This document shows positions 55,145 to 64,000 of a stretch of DNA of 64,000 nt, in pieces. Source of the DNA: a bacterium (lineage in GTDB: Archaea > Nanobdellota > Nanobdellia > Pacearchaeales > GW2011-AR1). The notes under the pieces are model-generated. The model made no database searches, was not told the DNA's origin, and saw only the letters and a program-made list of their open reading frames with translations. The stretch covers positions 9,466-73,465 of the forward strand of contig DAIQOR010000003.1 of the NCBI GenBank assembly GCA_036787775.1, given 5' to 3'. Each line of letters begins with the position of its first letter. Within the stretch, counting starts at the first letter, position 1. The position numbers and the translations under genes were made by a program.

Positions 55145-55489
55145 TCAGAATTCAGTTTTCGTTGTTTCAAGGTAGCCGTGTTTTTTTAGCCATTGAATTT
55201 GATTTGGTTTGTATTTTAGTAAAACGTCTCCTTTTGTGTTGTCGAGTTCCCAAGGTTCGATGATTACGACGTCGTTTGGTCTTAGCCACAATTTTCTTCT
55301 GAGTCTTCCGGGAACTCTGCAGTTTCTTGTTTTTCCATCGACGCAGGCGACCATCATTTTGTTTCCGCCGAGTCTTTGGTCAATTGTTCCGAGAACTTCT
55401 CTTCCTTTCGGCAAGGGCACTCTAATTCTTATTTCGCCTTCAGGAGAATCTAATAGTTCATCCTCGATGTCTTTGAATTCTTCTTCCAT
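55145..55489 (-). CDS. eif1a: translation initiation factor 1A (aIF1A)
   Basis: S1-like OB: GTIDQRLGGNKMMVACVDGKTRNCRVPGRLRRKLWLRPNDVVII. Confidence 0.85.
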   Translation of the reverse strand: MEEEFKDIEDELLDSPEGEIRIRVPLPKGREVLGTIDQRLGGNKMMVACVDGKTRNCRVPGRLRRKLWLRPNDVVIIEPWELDNTKGDVLLKYKPNQIQWLKKHGYLETTKTEF

Positions 55490-55530
55490 ACTAAATCAGG
55501 GAAAATGTATTTTATAAAGATATTGAATTA

Positions 55531-55830
55531 TTAAGCAAGAATTAGTGCGTAAGGCATGCCGTTGATTGTTTTGACGTTTTCTTTTGAGATTATGTTTTCT
55601 TTGATTGCGAGTGCGGTTGATTTTTTTCCGATGATATTGAATGTCGCGTCTTCTTTCGCCATGCTTTGTATGATTTGCGAAGTTTCTTCTTCGTTTTTTA
55701 GTTCGCCTTTATAGAAAGATTCTTTTGCGTCCAGTTGCAGGTTGCCTTCTTCGAATTTTTTCCCGAGAATTTCCGAATCGCATATTGCCACAATATTTCG
55801 GCAAGTCTCAATAATGTTTACGTAGAACAT
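55531..55830 (-). CDS. DUF424 family protein
   Basis: VAICDSEILGKKFEEGNLQLDAKESFY matches the DUF424 signature. Confidence 0.55.
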   Translation of the reverse strand: MFYVNIIETCRNIVAICDSEILGKKFEEGNLQLDAKESFYKGELKNEEETSQIIQSMAKEDATFNIIGKKSTALAIKENIISKENVKTINGMPYALILA

Positions 55831-55894
55831 GTTAATTTGAATGTCCTACGCTTTAAAAATATTTAGAAAAAATAAAATAAAAATAAAAAGGAAA

Positions 55895-56086
55895 TTAGAA
55901 AGCTTTTTTAGCGCCTTCTTTGATTGCTTTTTCAGCGTTGTCTTTGGACATCATCGCACACATGTTGCATCCACAAGATTTACATGCGCCTTTAGCCATA
56001 TAGCCCCCACGAGCAGTTTGAACAACTTCTGGGTTTTTCATGTCTTGACCTTTTTTCTTACATTTTACACAATAAGCTTTTACCAT
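55895..56086 (-). CDS. small Cys-rich zinc-ribbon-like protein (63 aa)
   Basis: Start taken at MVKAYCVKC, which has aggagg 6 nt upstream; CxxC...CxxCGC pattern. Confidence 0.45.
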   Translation of the reverse strand: MVKAYCVKCKKKGQDMKNPEVVQTARGGYMAKGACKSCGCNMCAMMSKDNAEKAIKEGAKKAF

Positions 56087-56178
56087 TTTTGCCTCCTTGA
56101 ATTTAATTATAGATTCATTGAATCTCTTAAATTTCATAAGGGAAATTCTTTTTTAAAGGTTTAGATTGGGAAAAAAAA

Positions 56179-56589
56179 TTAGATTTTACTTCTGACAGAG
56201 TGTTTTGCACCACACGCCAAACAATTTATGAAAGTTAATCTGTCTTCTTTTTTTAGTTCAGTGTCGGGTTTTCCGCATTCTTTGCATATCACAAATTCTT
56301 TTGTGTATTGTTCAATTTTTTGATTTATTTTAGCACTCGGGACTTTATTATTAAATATTAATCTGTCGCCTTCGATTTGTCCTTGGGTCGCTAATTCTCT
56401 TAATAGGAATTTTTGAAAATGTTCTGGTTGTCTTCTAAGATGAGATGCGATTTGCGAGAAGTTTGTTAAAATTGTTTTTTTGCCTTCAAAATGTCCTTGA
56501 ATTTTTGGGATTTCGAATCTTTCGCCCGACGTGTTTGATTGTTTCACTTTGCTGTATGCTTCTTCTAAAAGTTTTTCGTAGTCTGTCAT
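56179..56589 (-). CDS. eif2b: translation initiation factor 2 beta subunit (aIF2-beta)
   Basis: C-terminal Zn ribbon CKECGKPDTEL...CLACGA. Confidence 0.85.
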   Translation of the reverse strand: MTDYEKLLEEAYSKVKQSNTSGERFEIPKIQGHFEGKKTILTNFSQIASHLRRQPEHFQKFLLRELATQGQIEGDRLIFNNKVPSAKINQKIEQYTKEFVICKECGKPDTELKKEDRLTFINCLACGAKHSVRSKI

Positions 56590-56700
56590 AAGAATTAAAG
56601 ATTGAGAGGGTTTTTAAGATTTGGGTTTGGGAAAATTGCTCGCTGTCGCGAGAGATTGATTGCTACGAGTTCGCAGGGGATTTCTTTGTAGGGAATATAA

Positions 56701-56979
56701 TTAATGAGAAATTGGTTTTTGTTCTTTAGTGCTTTCTCCTAAAAATGATTTGGCAGCGATAACTTCCAATAATATTTCATCACTACAAATAAATGTTCTG
56801 TAAATCCAACCTTTACTTTCAAATTTCCTGATGATTTCTTCAGGGCATCTGGTTTCTTTCTCAAATTTTCTTTCGTAAGTTCTCATAAGATTTTCTTCCG
56901 TAATTTTTCTAATCTCCTCAAGATATCTTTGGTCAGTTCCCCTTTTTGAAATATGATAATTTTTTAAGTGCATTTTCAA
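56701..56979 (-). CDS. hypothetical protein
   Basis: 92 aa; 4-nt overlap with the upstream RPA-like gene. Confidence 0.35.
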   Translation of the reverse strand: MKMHLKNYHISKRGTDQRYLEEIRKITEENLMRTYERKFEKETRCPEEIIRKFESKGWIYRTFICSDEILLEVIAAKSFLGESTKEQKPISH

Positions 56980-57602
56980 CCAAGGTACCTCAATTTTCCA
57001 GGTCGGGGTTCGAAGATGATTCCTTCTTCGAGGAGTTTTTTGATTTCTTGATTAATTATTTCTGGCGAGGTGTTTCTGAGAGTCATTATCATTTTGTCTA
57101 TTTCTATCCCTCCGTCTTCTTCTGATTCTTTTATTGCGTTGAGTATTTGGTCTTTGATTGCGACGATTTGTCCTTTTTCAACGGGCGGGGCGATTTGCGA
57201 TTGTTGTTTTTGCAATTCGAGTTTTCTTATGAGAAGGTATTTTTGGCTGTATTCTTTTATTATTTCAGGTGTTATGTAGACTTCGTTGTTGAAGCTTCTT
57301 AGGGAGCCGATTACTAAAACGGTTTGGCCTTGTGTGAAGTTTTTGAATTTTTCGAAGTCGTCGCCGAACACTCTTAGTTTGATTTGTCCCGAGCCGTCGT
57401 CGAGTGTGAAGAAAACGTATTTTTTTTCGCCTTGATTTTCATATTTGTCGACGATGTTTCCGATTAAATTTGCTCGGTTGATTTTTTTGTCGCCGAGTTC
57501 CAAATATATGAATTTTTCTTGGTCGAACGCGGGTTTTCCAAGTAGTAAGTCGTTGATTCGAAGTTTGAATGCTATGTTTCTTTTAAATTGTGCGTCAGAC
57601 AT
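56976..57602 (-). CDS. RPA-like single-stranded DNA-binding protein (OB fold plus C-terminal winged helix)
   Basis: OB-fold segment ANLIGNIV...VFFTLDDGSGQIKLRVFGD...VLVIGSLRSFNNEVYIT; C-terminal wH. Confidence 0.55.
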   Translation of the reverse strand: MSDAQFKRNIAFKLRINDLLLGKPAFDQEKFIYLELGDKKINRANLIGNIVDKYENQGEKKYVFFTLDDGSGQIKLRVFGDDFEKFKNFTQGQTVLVIGSLRSFNNEVYITPEIIKEYSQKYLLIRKLELQKQQSQIAPPVEKGQIVAIKDQILNAIKESEEDGGIEIDKMIMTLRNTSPEIINQEIKKLLEEGIIFEPRPGKLRYLG

Positions 57603-57713
57603 ATTATGAAATAATCGCGTTCATTTATAAGTTTTTATGAGGTTTTTTAGATTGATTAAATTGCTCGCTGAGAGAAAATTTTTGAGAATTAAATTAATGG
57701 AGGTTCAACTCAA

Positions 57714-57822
57714 TCGTGAGCCAAAGATAAAGAGTAAAGAGTTAGTAAAGAGGACACTTTAAAACCCCCGACCACTCGCCCCTAAAATGTAGAAATTGTT
57801 GTAAATACGAAGTGAGCCGCCT
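57714..57822. repeat. left arm of ~110-nt imperfect inverted repeat
   Basis: Blocks tcgtgagcca, aaagaggacacttta, agaaattgttgt, gtgagccgcc recur in reverse complement and the same order at 59253..59352. Confidence 0.75.
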
Positions 57823-58016
57823 TGGTGCTTCGCACATTTACTCTCGCTTTCAGCGAGGCAGAAAAACTTCTTTTATCCGACCAAAGAAAACTCACGAAAT
57901 TAAAATTTCGTTTAACAAAGGATAAAAGGCTTCGCCCAAATTTTTCTGATTTTATTGGGGCACTCTCAAAACAAAAAAGAAAGCTTTTTATATGGGCTTT
58001 AATCTATATATTTATA

Positions 58017-58253
58017 ATGGCAAAAAAGAAAATTCAACCAAGCACAATATTTTTTTGGATAGCAGGAATATTTTTATTTGTTCTTGTGGCAAAGATTTTT
58101 GGAATATTGCCTATGTCCGTTGTTGGAGTAGAATTAGGACAAGAGGGAATTAAAGCAACAATCTCTGATATTTCTGAAACAACAGCAGTTTTATTGTTTA
58201 TTCCAATTGTTTCGGCATTAATTGGAGCATACTTAAAATCAAAAGGAAAATAA
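58017..58253 (+). CDS. small membrane protein (2 TM), hypothetical
   Basis: Start taken at MAKKKIQPS; the longer ORF-track start lies inside the inverted repeat. Confidence 0.4.
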   Translation: MAKKKIQPSTIFFWIAGIFLFVLVAKIFGILPMSVVGVELGQEGIKATISDISETTAVLLFIPIVSALIGAYLKSKGK

Positions 58254-58254
58254 A

Positions 58255-58884
58255 ATGACAAATAAAAACAATTATCTTTATATCGGAATTGCGGTAGTTG
58301 TTGTTATTGTTCTCGCCATTGTTTTTATTTCAAATTCAAATAATAATTCTCAAAATGAAGTTACTTGTAATTCTCCATATATTAAAGTCGGAATTTCATG
58401 TTGTTTAGACCAAAACTATAATAGTGTTTGTGATGATGATGAAAAATTAGGCAACTTCAATTTTATTTTATATGCAAGTAGTGATTATGAGAGTTTGGAG
58501 GGTTACTCTTGGGAAGATAATGTTCCCTTTTCAGAAGCAACATTAATAACTAGAAAAAGCGGAATTTTAAATGGCAATGATTGTCATGATGTCTATGGCG
58601 GAATCTCGCTGTTTATTGACACTAATCCAGATAATAAACAAGTTGGTTGCGAAATAAAAGAATATTATGGTAACACCTTAAATGAAGTTATAAATCGAGA
58701 ATTAACTTGGTCCGAATGGCATTTAGATACAGGAATTAATCTTAATTATGAAATAGATAAAAAACCAGAAAAAGTGAAATATGTAGTTAAATGTAAAAGA
58801 GCAGAAGACCAAAGAGAAGTTACCAAAGAATTTACAATAAATCTTAACTATAATCCGTTAGATGAGAATTTAAATATTTGTTAG
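58255..58884 (+). CDS. membrane-anchored extracellular protein, hypothetical
   Basis: N-terminal TM, then a Cys-containing N/D/S-rich domain. Confidence 0.4.
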   Translation: MTNKNNYLYIGIAVVVVIVLAIVFISNSNNNSQNEVTCNSPYIKVGISCCLDQNYNSVCDDDEKLGNFNFILYASSDYESLEGYSWEDNVPFSEATLITRKSGILNGNDCHDVYGGISLFIDTNPDNKQVGCEIKEYYGNTLNEVINRELTWSEWHLDTGINLNYEIDKKPEKVKYVVKCKRAEDQREVTKEFTINLNYNPLDENLNIC

Positions 58885-58913
58885 TTTAAGTGATGTTCTA
58901 TTTGTAATCTTTC

Positions 58914-59162
58914 CTATTCCAAATCAAGTTCAACATTCTGATTATATTTTTTTGATAGTTTCTTTTTCAAATCTTGACTATCAAAACATTTTAAATCAGT
59001 ATCGGAGTAATCACCATTTAATCCATTTCCAAGAATGCTCAATCCACCACCTTTTCCTTTTTGAGAAACTGGGCAAATCCCATGTTTTTCCTTTCCGCAA
59101 TCATATTCAAATCCCGAATCGGTTTTTCTTATTTTACATTTAAGTTCTTTATTCATTTTCAT
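58914..59162 (-). CDS. small Cys-containing protein, hypothetical
   Basis: 82 aa, 5 Cys, G-rich segment. Confidence 0.35.
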   Translation of the reverse strand: MKMNKELKCKIRKTDSGFEYDCGKEKHGICPVSQKGKGGGLSILGNGLNGDYSDTDLKCFDSQDLKKKLSKKYNQNVELDLE

Positions 59163-59252
59163 TCTGTTCTAAAATATTCTTCATATACTTAAATCTTTCG
59201 TTGATTAACGAGAGTGCCCCCTCTTCTTTTTTAGAAAAAAAGAAGCAAAAAA

Positions 59253-59352
59253 GGCGGCGGCTCACAAAACAAAAATACACAACAATTTCTATTGTAAAAT
59301 GGACAGCGTCCCGCCGTCCTAAAGTGTCCTCTTTAAAATTAATATGGCTCAC
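59253..59352. repeat. right arm of inverted repeat (pairs with 57714..57822)
   Basis: See left arm. Confidence 0.75.
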
Positions 59353-59436
59353 GACTTTGATTTTTTGCCTTCGGCATCGTTGCACTAAAAATCAATCCCT
59401 GCAAGTATTCGTATTTTTTATAAGAAATTATTATTT

Positions 59437-61485
59437 CTACATCTTTTGAACGAATCCTCGACGAGGTTTATATATTTCTGAGTTAATTACTAATTTGTTT
59501 ATTGCTTCTTCGATTTCGTCTTTTGACATTTTTCCTTCGAGTTTGTTTTCTATTTCTTCGATTGGAATCATTTTTCCAAATTTGTTTTCTAATTCTGTGA
59601 TGACTTCTTTGACTCCGAAAATTCTGTTTCTCTGGGAAGTTGAAAATTTACTGCTGATTTTGTCGATGTCAAAAGTTTTCGTTTCGTAGTCGAATCCGAC
59701 CTGCATCAAGTAATATTTCATTAGGTTTATTGCGATGTTTGCGTCGTCGATTGAGATTGTGTCTTTTAGTTTTACTTTTGCTGAGGCTTCGGCTAATCTT
59801 ACCAGAGCTTGTAGCTGTCTTGCAGAAATTGGAATTGGTCGCATTGCGCTTTCGGATGAGATTGGACGGTTTCTTAAATCTACGTAGAATTTTTTTATTT
59901 CGTCGAATGCTTCGGGAGTTAATTTTGGTTTTACTTTTCTTTTTGAGTAGGCGACATATTTTCTGAAAAGGTCTTTTGGAATCATCATCGCGGGGGTGTC
60001 TTTAAGGTGTTCTTGTAAAACGTGTGTTGCGATTTTCTCGTCGTTTTCTTTGTTGGGCAAATCTCTTAGAGTGAAAATTATATCGAAACGATTTATTAAT
60101 GTTGGGGGCAAATCAATTTGTTGTGCGATTCCTTGGTGCGGGTCGAATCGTCCGAATTTTGGATTTGCTGCTGCGAGAACCGATGTCTCTGCTCTCAAAG
60201 TTGCTTGAACGTTTGCTTTTGAAATTGTGATTGTTTGTTGTTCCATTGCTTCGTGCATGGCACTTCTATCTTGGGGGTCCATTTTTTCTAATTCATCTAT
60301 ACACACCAAACCTTTATTTGCTAAAACCATTGCACCGGCTTCAAGGGACCAGCCTCGCAAGTATTCGTCTCGAACCACCGTCGCTGTCAGTCCTGCACCT
60401 GATGCGGATTTTCCTACAACGTATCTTCCTTTGGGGGAAATGTTCGCCATGAAAACTAAAGTTACGGATTTTGCAACACCGGGATCACCGATTAATAAAA
60501 TGTGAATGTCTCCTCTGTTGATTCCTCCGTCGGGTCTTTTTTTTGTGACGCCTCCGAATAATTGCAGAACTAAAGATTTTTTTATTTCTTCATAACCCCA
60601 AACGCTCGGGCTGATACTGCTTGCTAATTTTTCAAATATCTCTGGGTCTTCGGCCAATTCTAAAATTTGTCTTTCGTCTTCGTCGCTGATATTCAATTCT
60701 TCGAAAGTTTCTTCCATTGGGATTAAATTATTTACTTCCAGAGCTAATTCGAATCGCGTAGACATTCCGCCTGTTTTTAACGGGACTGGCACTTCTTTTA
60801 AAATTCCGATAACTTTTATTCTGCTTCCGGGCGTGGTTTTTTCTTCCATTCGCGGTTCAACTAAATCTTCTTTTACGAAAACATTTAATCTTTTTGGTTG
60901 TTCACCGCCGGATAACGATTCAGGCGATTCTTCTAAAACTAATCTTTGTGTGTCCACCATTTCTTGGCTCATTTTTCTGAATCCGCCTCTTCTTCCACAG
61001 GAGCATCTTGAAGGTTCTCGGAATTTTTTTTCGATTTGTAAAACTGAGATTATTGTTCCGCAACTTGGGCATTCGAATTTCGCGTTCACGACTTGGGGTC
61101 TAACGTCCGAGGTTTGCCGGATTATTCCCTCGATTACTATCATTTGGTCAAGGTGCTTTGAACGGATGTTTCTTATTTTTATTTCTTGACTTTTTGGGAA
61201 GTTGAATAATCTGACTCGCACGTTTTTTACTAATCCTGATTCTTCGATTGCTTGTTCTATTAATTGGAGCGTGTCTTCAGGATTTAGGATTACTTCGTCC
61301 GATAGCAGGCTTGAGAATTCTGAGAGCTCTGAGAAATCTATCTGAATAACGCTGTCGCCTCGTCTTAGGGATTCTCCGACCTGTTTTTTGTAAGAATCGA
61401 AGAAGTTCTTCGCTTCTGTGACCAAGTCCTCTTTTTTGGATTTCTGCGGGGCCGTGTCTGCTTTTGGTTTTAGTTCCTCTTCCAT
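59437..61485 (-). CDS. mcm: MCM replicative helicase
   Basis: Zn finger CPSCG..CSCG, Walker A IHILLIGDPGVAKS, Walker B/arginine finger region, C-terminal wH. Confidence 0.9.
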   Translation of the reverse strand: MEEELKPKADTAPQKSKKEDLVTEAKNFFDSYKKQVGESLRRGDSVIQIDFSELSEFSSLLSDEVILNPEDTLQLIEQAIEESGLVKNVRVRLFNFPKSQEIKIRNIRSKHLDQMIVIEGIIRQTSDVRPQVVNAKFECPSCGTIISVLQIEKKFREPSRCSCGRRGGFRKMSQEMVDTQRLVLEESPESLSGGEQPKRLNVFVKEDLVEPRMEEKTTPGSRIKVIGILKEVPVPLKTGGMSTRFELALEVNNLIPMEETFEELNISDEDERQILELAEDPEIFEKLASSISPSVWGYEEIKKSLVLQLFGGVTKKRPDGGINRGDIHILLIGDPGVAKSVTLVFMANISPKGRYVVGKSASGAGLTATVVRDEYLRGWSLEAGAMVLANKGLVCIDELEKMDPQDRSAMHEAMEQQTITISKANVQATLRAETSVLAAANPKFGRFDPHQGIAQQIDLPPTLINRFDIIFTLRDLPNKENDEKIATHVLQEHLKDTPAMMIPKDLFRKYVAYSKRKVKPKLTPEAFDEIKKFYVDLRNRPISSESAMRPIPISARQLQALVRLAEASAKVKLKDTISIDDANIAINLMKYYLMQVGFDYETKTFDIDKISSKFSTSQRNRIFGVKEVITELENKFGKMIPIEEIENKLEGKMSKDEIEEAINKLVINSEIYKPRRGFVQKM

Positions 61486-61572
61486 GTTTAATAGAGAGGA
61501 TTTTCTTTTTTATAGATTTATATGAATTCTTTGGTAGTTTCAGAATGAGAGGATTATTTCAAAGGGGTGAAT

Positions 61573-62151
61573 TTATTGCTTATAATTTTTCAAAGCAGCT
61601 TTCACATTTTTCAAAAGTTGGTCCATGCTGAATTCGAGTTGTTGTTTGTTTTTAGTTCCGGTGCAAACAAGTTTCCCGTTTGAGAAAAGAAGGAATGTTG
61701 CGTTTGGCTCGATTAATTTGTAAACTAATCCGGGGAATTGCTCTGGTTCATATTCTGTGTTTTCCATTTCAAGAGCGAGGAAATTAAGATTAAGTTTTAA
61801 GTCGATTGTTCCTGAAGCTACAATATTTTGAACGGTTATTTTTGGAGTGATTGTTACATTTACATTTATTTTTCTAAGTTGTTTTATTACTTCTTCAATT
61901 ACTTTTTTTACTTGAGCAACTGATTTTGTTCCTGTGCAAACGAGGTTTCCCGACGAGAAAACTAAAACTGCGGATTTTGGTTCTTTGATTCTTAAAACTA
62001 ATCCTGGGAAAGTTTTCGGATTGTATTCTGTGTTTGGTTGAGTTCTTGCCAATTTTACTAAAGGAACTGGTTTGCCCAAAGAAGTCGTTGCTACGATGTT
62101 TTGAATTTTATATTCGCTTTTAGATTTAGTTGAGGGAGTTGTTTCGGCCAT
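61573..62151 (-). CDS. tbp: TATA-box binding protein (TBP)
   Basis: Two direct repeats IQNIVAT..FPGLV...SGNLVCTG / IQNIVAS..FPGLV...NGKLVCTG. Confidence 0.9.
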   Translation of the reverse strand: MAETTPSTKSKSEYKIQNIVATTSLGKPVPLVKLARTQPNTEYNPKTFPGLVLRIKEPKSAVLVFSSGNLVCTGTKSVAQVKKVIEEVIKQLRKINVNVTITPKITVQNIVASGTIDLKLNLNFLALEMENTEYEPEQFPGLVYKLIEPNATFLLFSNGKLVCTGTKNKQQLEFSMDQLLKNVKAALKNYKQ

Positions 62152-62196
62152 CTTATTGTATTTATAAAGAAAAATCCTTTATAAAGGTTACGAGGG

Positions 62197-62703
62197 TTAG
62201 AAATAAATATTAACGAATTTTCCTACATAGAAACTTATAATTATCACAGCAATCATAATTAAAATATGTTCTGCAATTGCCTTGAGTGGTTTTGATTTGT
62301 GTGATTTCGCGATGTAAAAACTTAGTGTGGTTATTAATAAAAATCCCCAGATTATGCTTGCGATTATTGCGGTTTGGATTTCTAAAGTTAAAATTGGAAC
62401 GGCGAAAGTTAGAGCGATGATTAATTTTGCGAAAAATGTCGAGGCTGTTGATGACCATATTTGTGATTTATCTTTTGTTTTTGATTCTGTCGCGAGGTGC
62501 ATTCCTGTTGCGTCAGAGAGTGCGTCGGCGATTGCGATTACAAAAATTCCTCCGAGGATTGCCAATTTAGAATTTGTCGAAGAATACAAACCGATGATTA
62601 AACCTAAAGTTGTGATAACTCCTGATGTTAATCCAAAACTTAACCCTGATTTTATTGATGATTTCATTTTATCCATATCTCCAATTTCTTTTTTGATTGT
62701 CAA
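62197..62703 (-). CDS. hypothetical membrane protein (possibly VIT1/CCC1-like)
   Basis: 5 TM; weak resemblance to the VIT family. Confidence 0.35.
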   Translation of the reverse strand: MTIKKEIGDMDKMKSSIKSGLSFGLTSGVITTLGLIIGLYSSTNSKLAILGGIFVIAIADALSDATGMHLATESKTKDKSQIWSSTASTFFAKLIIALTFAVPILTLEIQTAIIASIIWGFLLITTLSFYIAKSHKSKPLKAIAEHILIMIAVIIISFYVGKFVNIYF

Positions 62704-64000
62704 AATCTTTTTCTATTTCTTCTAAAGAAGAAATTTCTGAAAGTGGTTTGTCTGGTCGCATTGCTGTGAATCGTGGGAATCTTAATGCCCAGCCTGAATT
62801 GTAATTTGGTGAACGCTGGATTTCTTGGTATGTAACAGCGACGACAATTTTTGGTTTTATTGAAACTGATTTTCCTTTTTCGCTTTCAATTAATGGTGTA
62901 AGTTTTTTTGTTAATTCATCGAAGGAAATTCCTCCAACTTCTTCTTCAGTTTTTTCTTTTATTCCTGTTCCGACTTTTCCGATTTCCAAATATTCGCCTT
63001 TCTTTTTTCCTTTACATGAAAGAATAAATGACGACATCCATCCACTTCTTTTCCCGGTTCCGTATTCCGCGCCGGTGATTACTAAATCTAAATCTCTTTC
63101 TTCGGGTTTCATTTTTACCATGTTGCCGACTCTTCGTCCTGGTTTGTAAGGCGCGTCAAGATTTTTCATCATCACACCTTCTTGATTATCTTTCAATGCT
63201 TTTTTGTAGAATTCCTCAACTTTTTTTTCGTCGTCGGTAATAATTTGTTTTGATTGGATAATTTTGTAAGGGTGGTTTTTCAAAATTTTTCTGATTATTT
63301 CAGTTCTTTTTTGAAATGGTTCTTCGAGTAGGGATTTTCCGTTGTAATGTAAAATGTCGAACACGTTTACTTCTACGGGGAGTTCTTTTTGTAATTTTTC
63401 GATGTTGTGTTTTCTTCGGATTCTTTGACTTATTTTTTGGAAAGAAGTGTATTCTTTTGTTTTTTTGTCGAAGCCGACTGCTTCGGAATCTAAAATGAAC
63501 GCTTCTCCGTCGACGAAATTTTCAACATACTCTGCGACCTCAGGGAATTGGTTTGTTACGTTTTCTAAACTTCTTGTGAAAAGTGTTACGCCTTTGCTGT
63601 TTTTGTGAATTATCATTCTGAACCCGTCGTATTTGTATTCTACCGCGCATGGTTTTCCGACTTCTTTGAATCCATCTTTGATGTTTGTTACTTTTTTACA
63701 TAGCATCGCTTTTATTGGCTTTCCAACTTCAAGATGGATTTTTTTTAATTCTTTTAGGTTTCCTTTTTTTGACATGTCGAACACGATTGCTAAATCATTT
63801 GAACGGTCAATTGCTCTTTGAATTGCTTGCGATGCTTCTTTGTCGCCGTGGAAAAATGCTTGCGATAATGCTTCTCGGATTGTGCTTTCTAGGGTTCCGA
63901 TTCTTAAGTCGCCGATTAAAGTTCTTGTTATGTAAAGTGCTTCGACAGGTTCGGCGGAAGTTAGTAGTTCAGTTATTAGTCCGATTTTTTTATTTACTGT
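62669..64000 (-). CDS. lig: ATP-dependent DNA ligase, N-terminus beyond window edge
   Basis: Motif I EYKYDGFR (KxDG); the reading frame stays open upstream to 64000, encoding DBD-like ...DLRIGTLESTIREALSQAFF... Confidence 0.8.
   Translation of the reverse strand, partial: TVNKKIGLITELLTSAEPVEALYITRTLIGDLRIGTLESTIREALSQAFFHGDKEASQAIQRAIDRSNDLAIVFDMSKKGNLKELKKIHLEVGKPIKAMLCKKVTNIKDGFKEVGKPCAVEYKYDGFRMIIHKNSKGVTLFTRSLENVTNQFPEVAEYVENFVDGEAFILDSEAVGFDKKTKEYTSFQKISQRIRRKHNIEKLQKELPVEVNVFDILHYNGKSLLEEPFQKRTEIIRKILKNHPYKIIQSKQIITDDEKKVEEFYKKALKDNQEGVMMKNLDAPYKPGRRVGNMVKMKPEERDLDLVITGAEYGTGKRSGWMSSFILSCKGKKKGEYLEIGKVGTGIKEKTEEEVGGISFDELTKKLTPLIESEKGKSVSIKPKIVVAVTYQEIQRSPNYNSGWALRFPRFTAMRPDKPLSEISSLEEIEKDFDNQKRNWRYG

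Noticed and set aside
1-64000. CRISPR arrays, rRNA genes, RNase P or SRP RNA
   Set aside because: I looked for regularly spaced short direct repeats and for conserved rRNA, RNase P and SRP motifs and found none. The only repeat systems are the tRNA-associated repeats and the inverted-repeat cassette described above.

Overview
This is an AT-rich (roughly one-third GC) archaeal chromosomal window, densely packed with core information-processing genes.

The archaeal core genes include TFB, TBP, TFE-alpha, Alba, an Sm-like protein, ribosomal proteins S8e and S17e, aIF1A, aIF2-beta, MCM, FtsZ, tRNA-splicing endonuclease, RNase Z, deoxyhypusine synthase and Tyw3. There are five aminoacyl-tRNA synthetases (Gly, Leu, Ala, Pro, Asp/Asn-type). 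Both amidotransferases are present, GatCAB and GatDE. The window also carries six tRNA genes and the 3' part of an ATP-dependent DNA ligase that runs off the window edge. The gene content and the many small membrane or secreted ORFs are compatible with a small-genome DPANN-like archaeon; that placement is inference.

Accessory or unusual content:
1. Two large paralogous secreted proteins flank a type-IV-pilin-like gene and share a 243-nt block that is 100% identical.
2. Four tRNA genes (Cys, Met, Arg-TCG, Asn) each have a direct repeat of their 3' end 70-170 nt downstream. Three of these intervals carry pieces of one conserved ~135-nt element; the 53-nt core is 51/53 identical between two loci. 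This looks like a family of miniature tRNA-targeting integrative element remnants.
3. A diadenylate cyclase sits next to a DHH/DHHA1 phosphoesterase.
4. Three tandem small hyperacidic ORFs form a cluster.
5. A DUF4258/DUF2283 toxin-antitoxin-like pair is present.
6. A two-TM potassium channel is interrupted by an in-frame TAA.
7. A ~1.6-kb three-gene cassette is bounded by ~110-nt imperfect inverted repeats.
8. A GC-rich multi-hairpin segment is a candidate ncRNA.
9. A secreted protein with a bacterial outer-membrane-beta-barrel-like pattern is encoded.

No CRISPR array or rRNA gene was seen.
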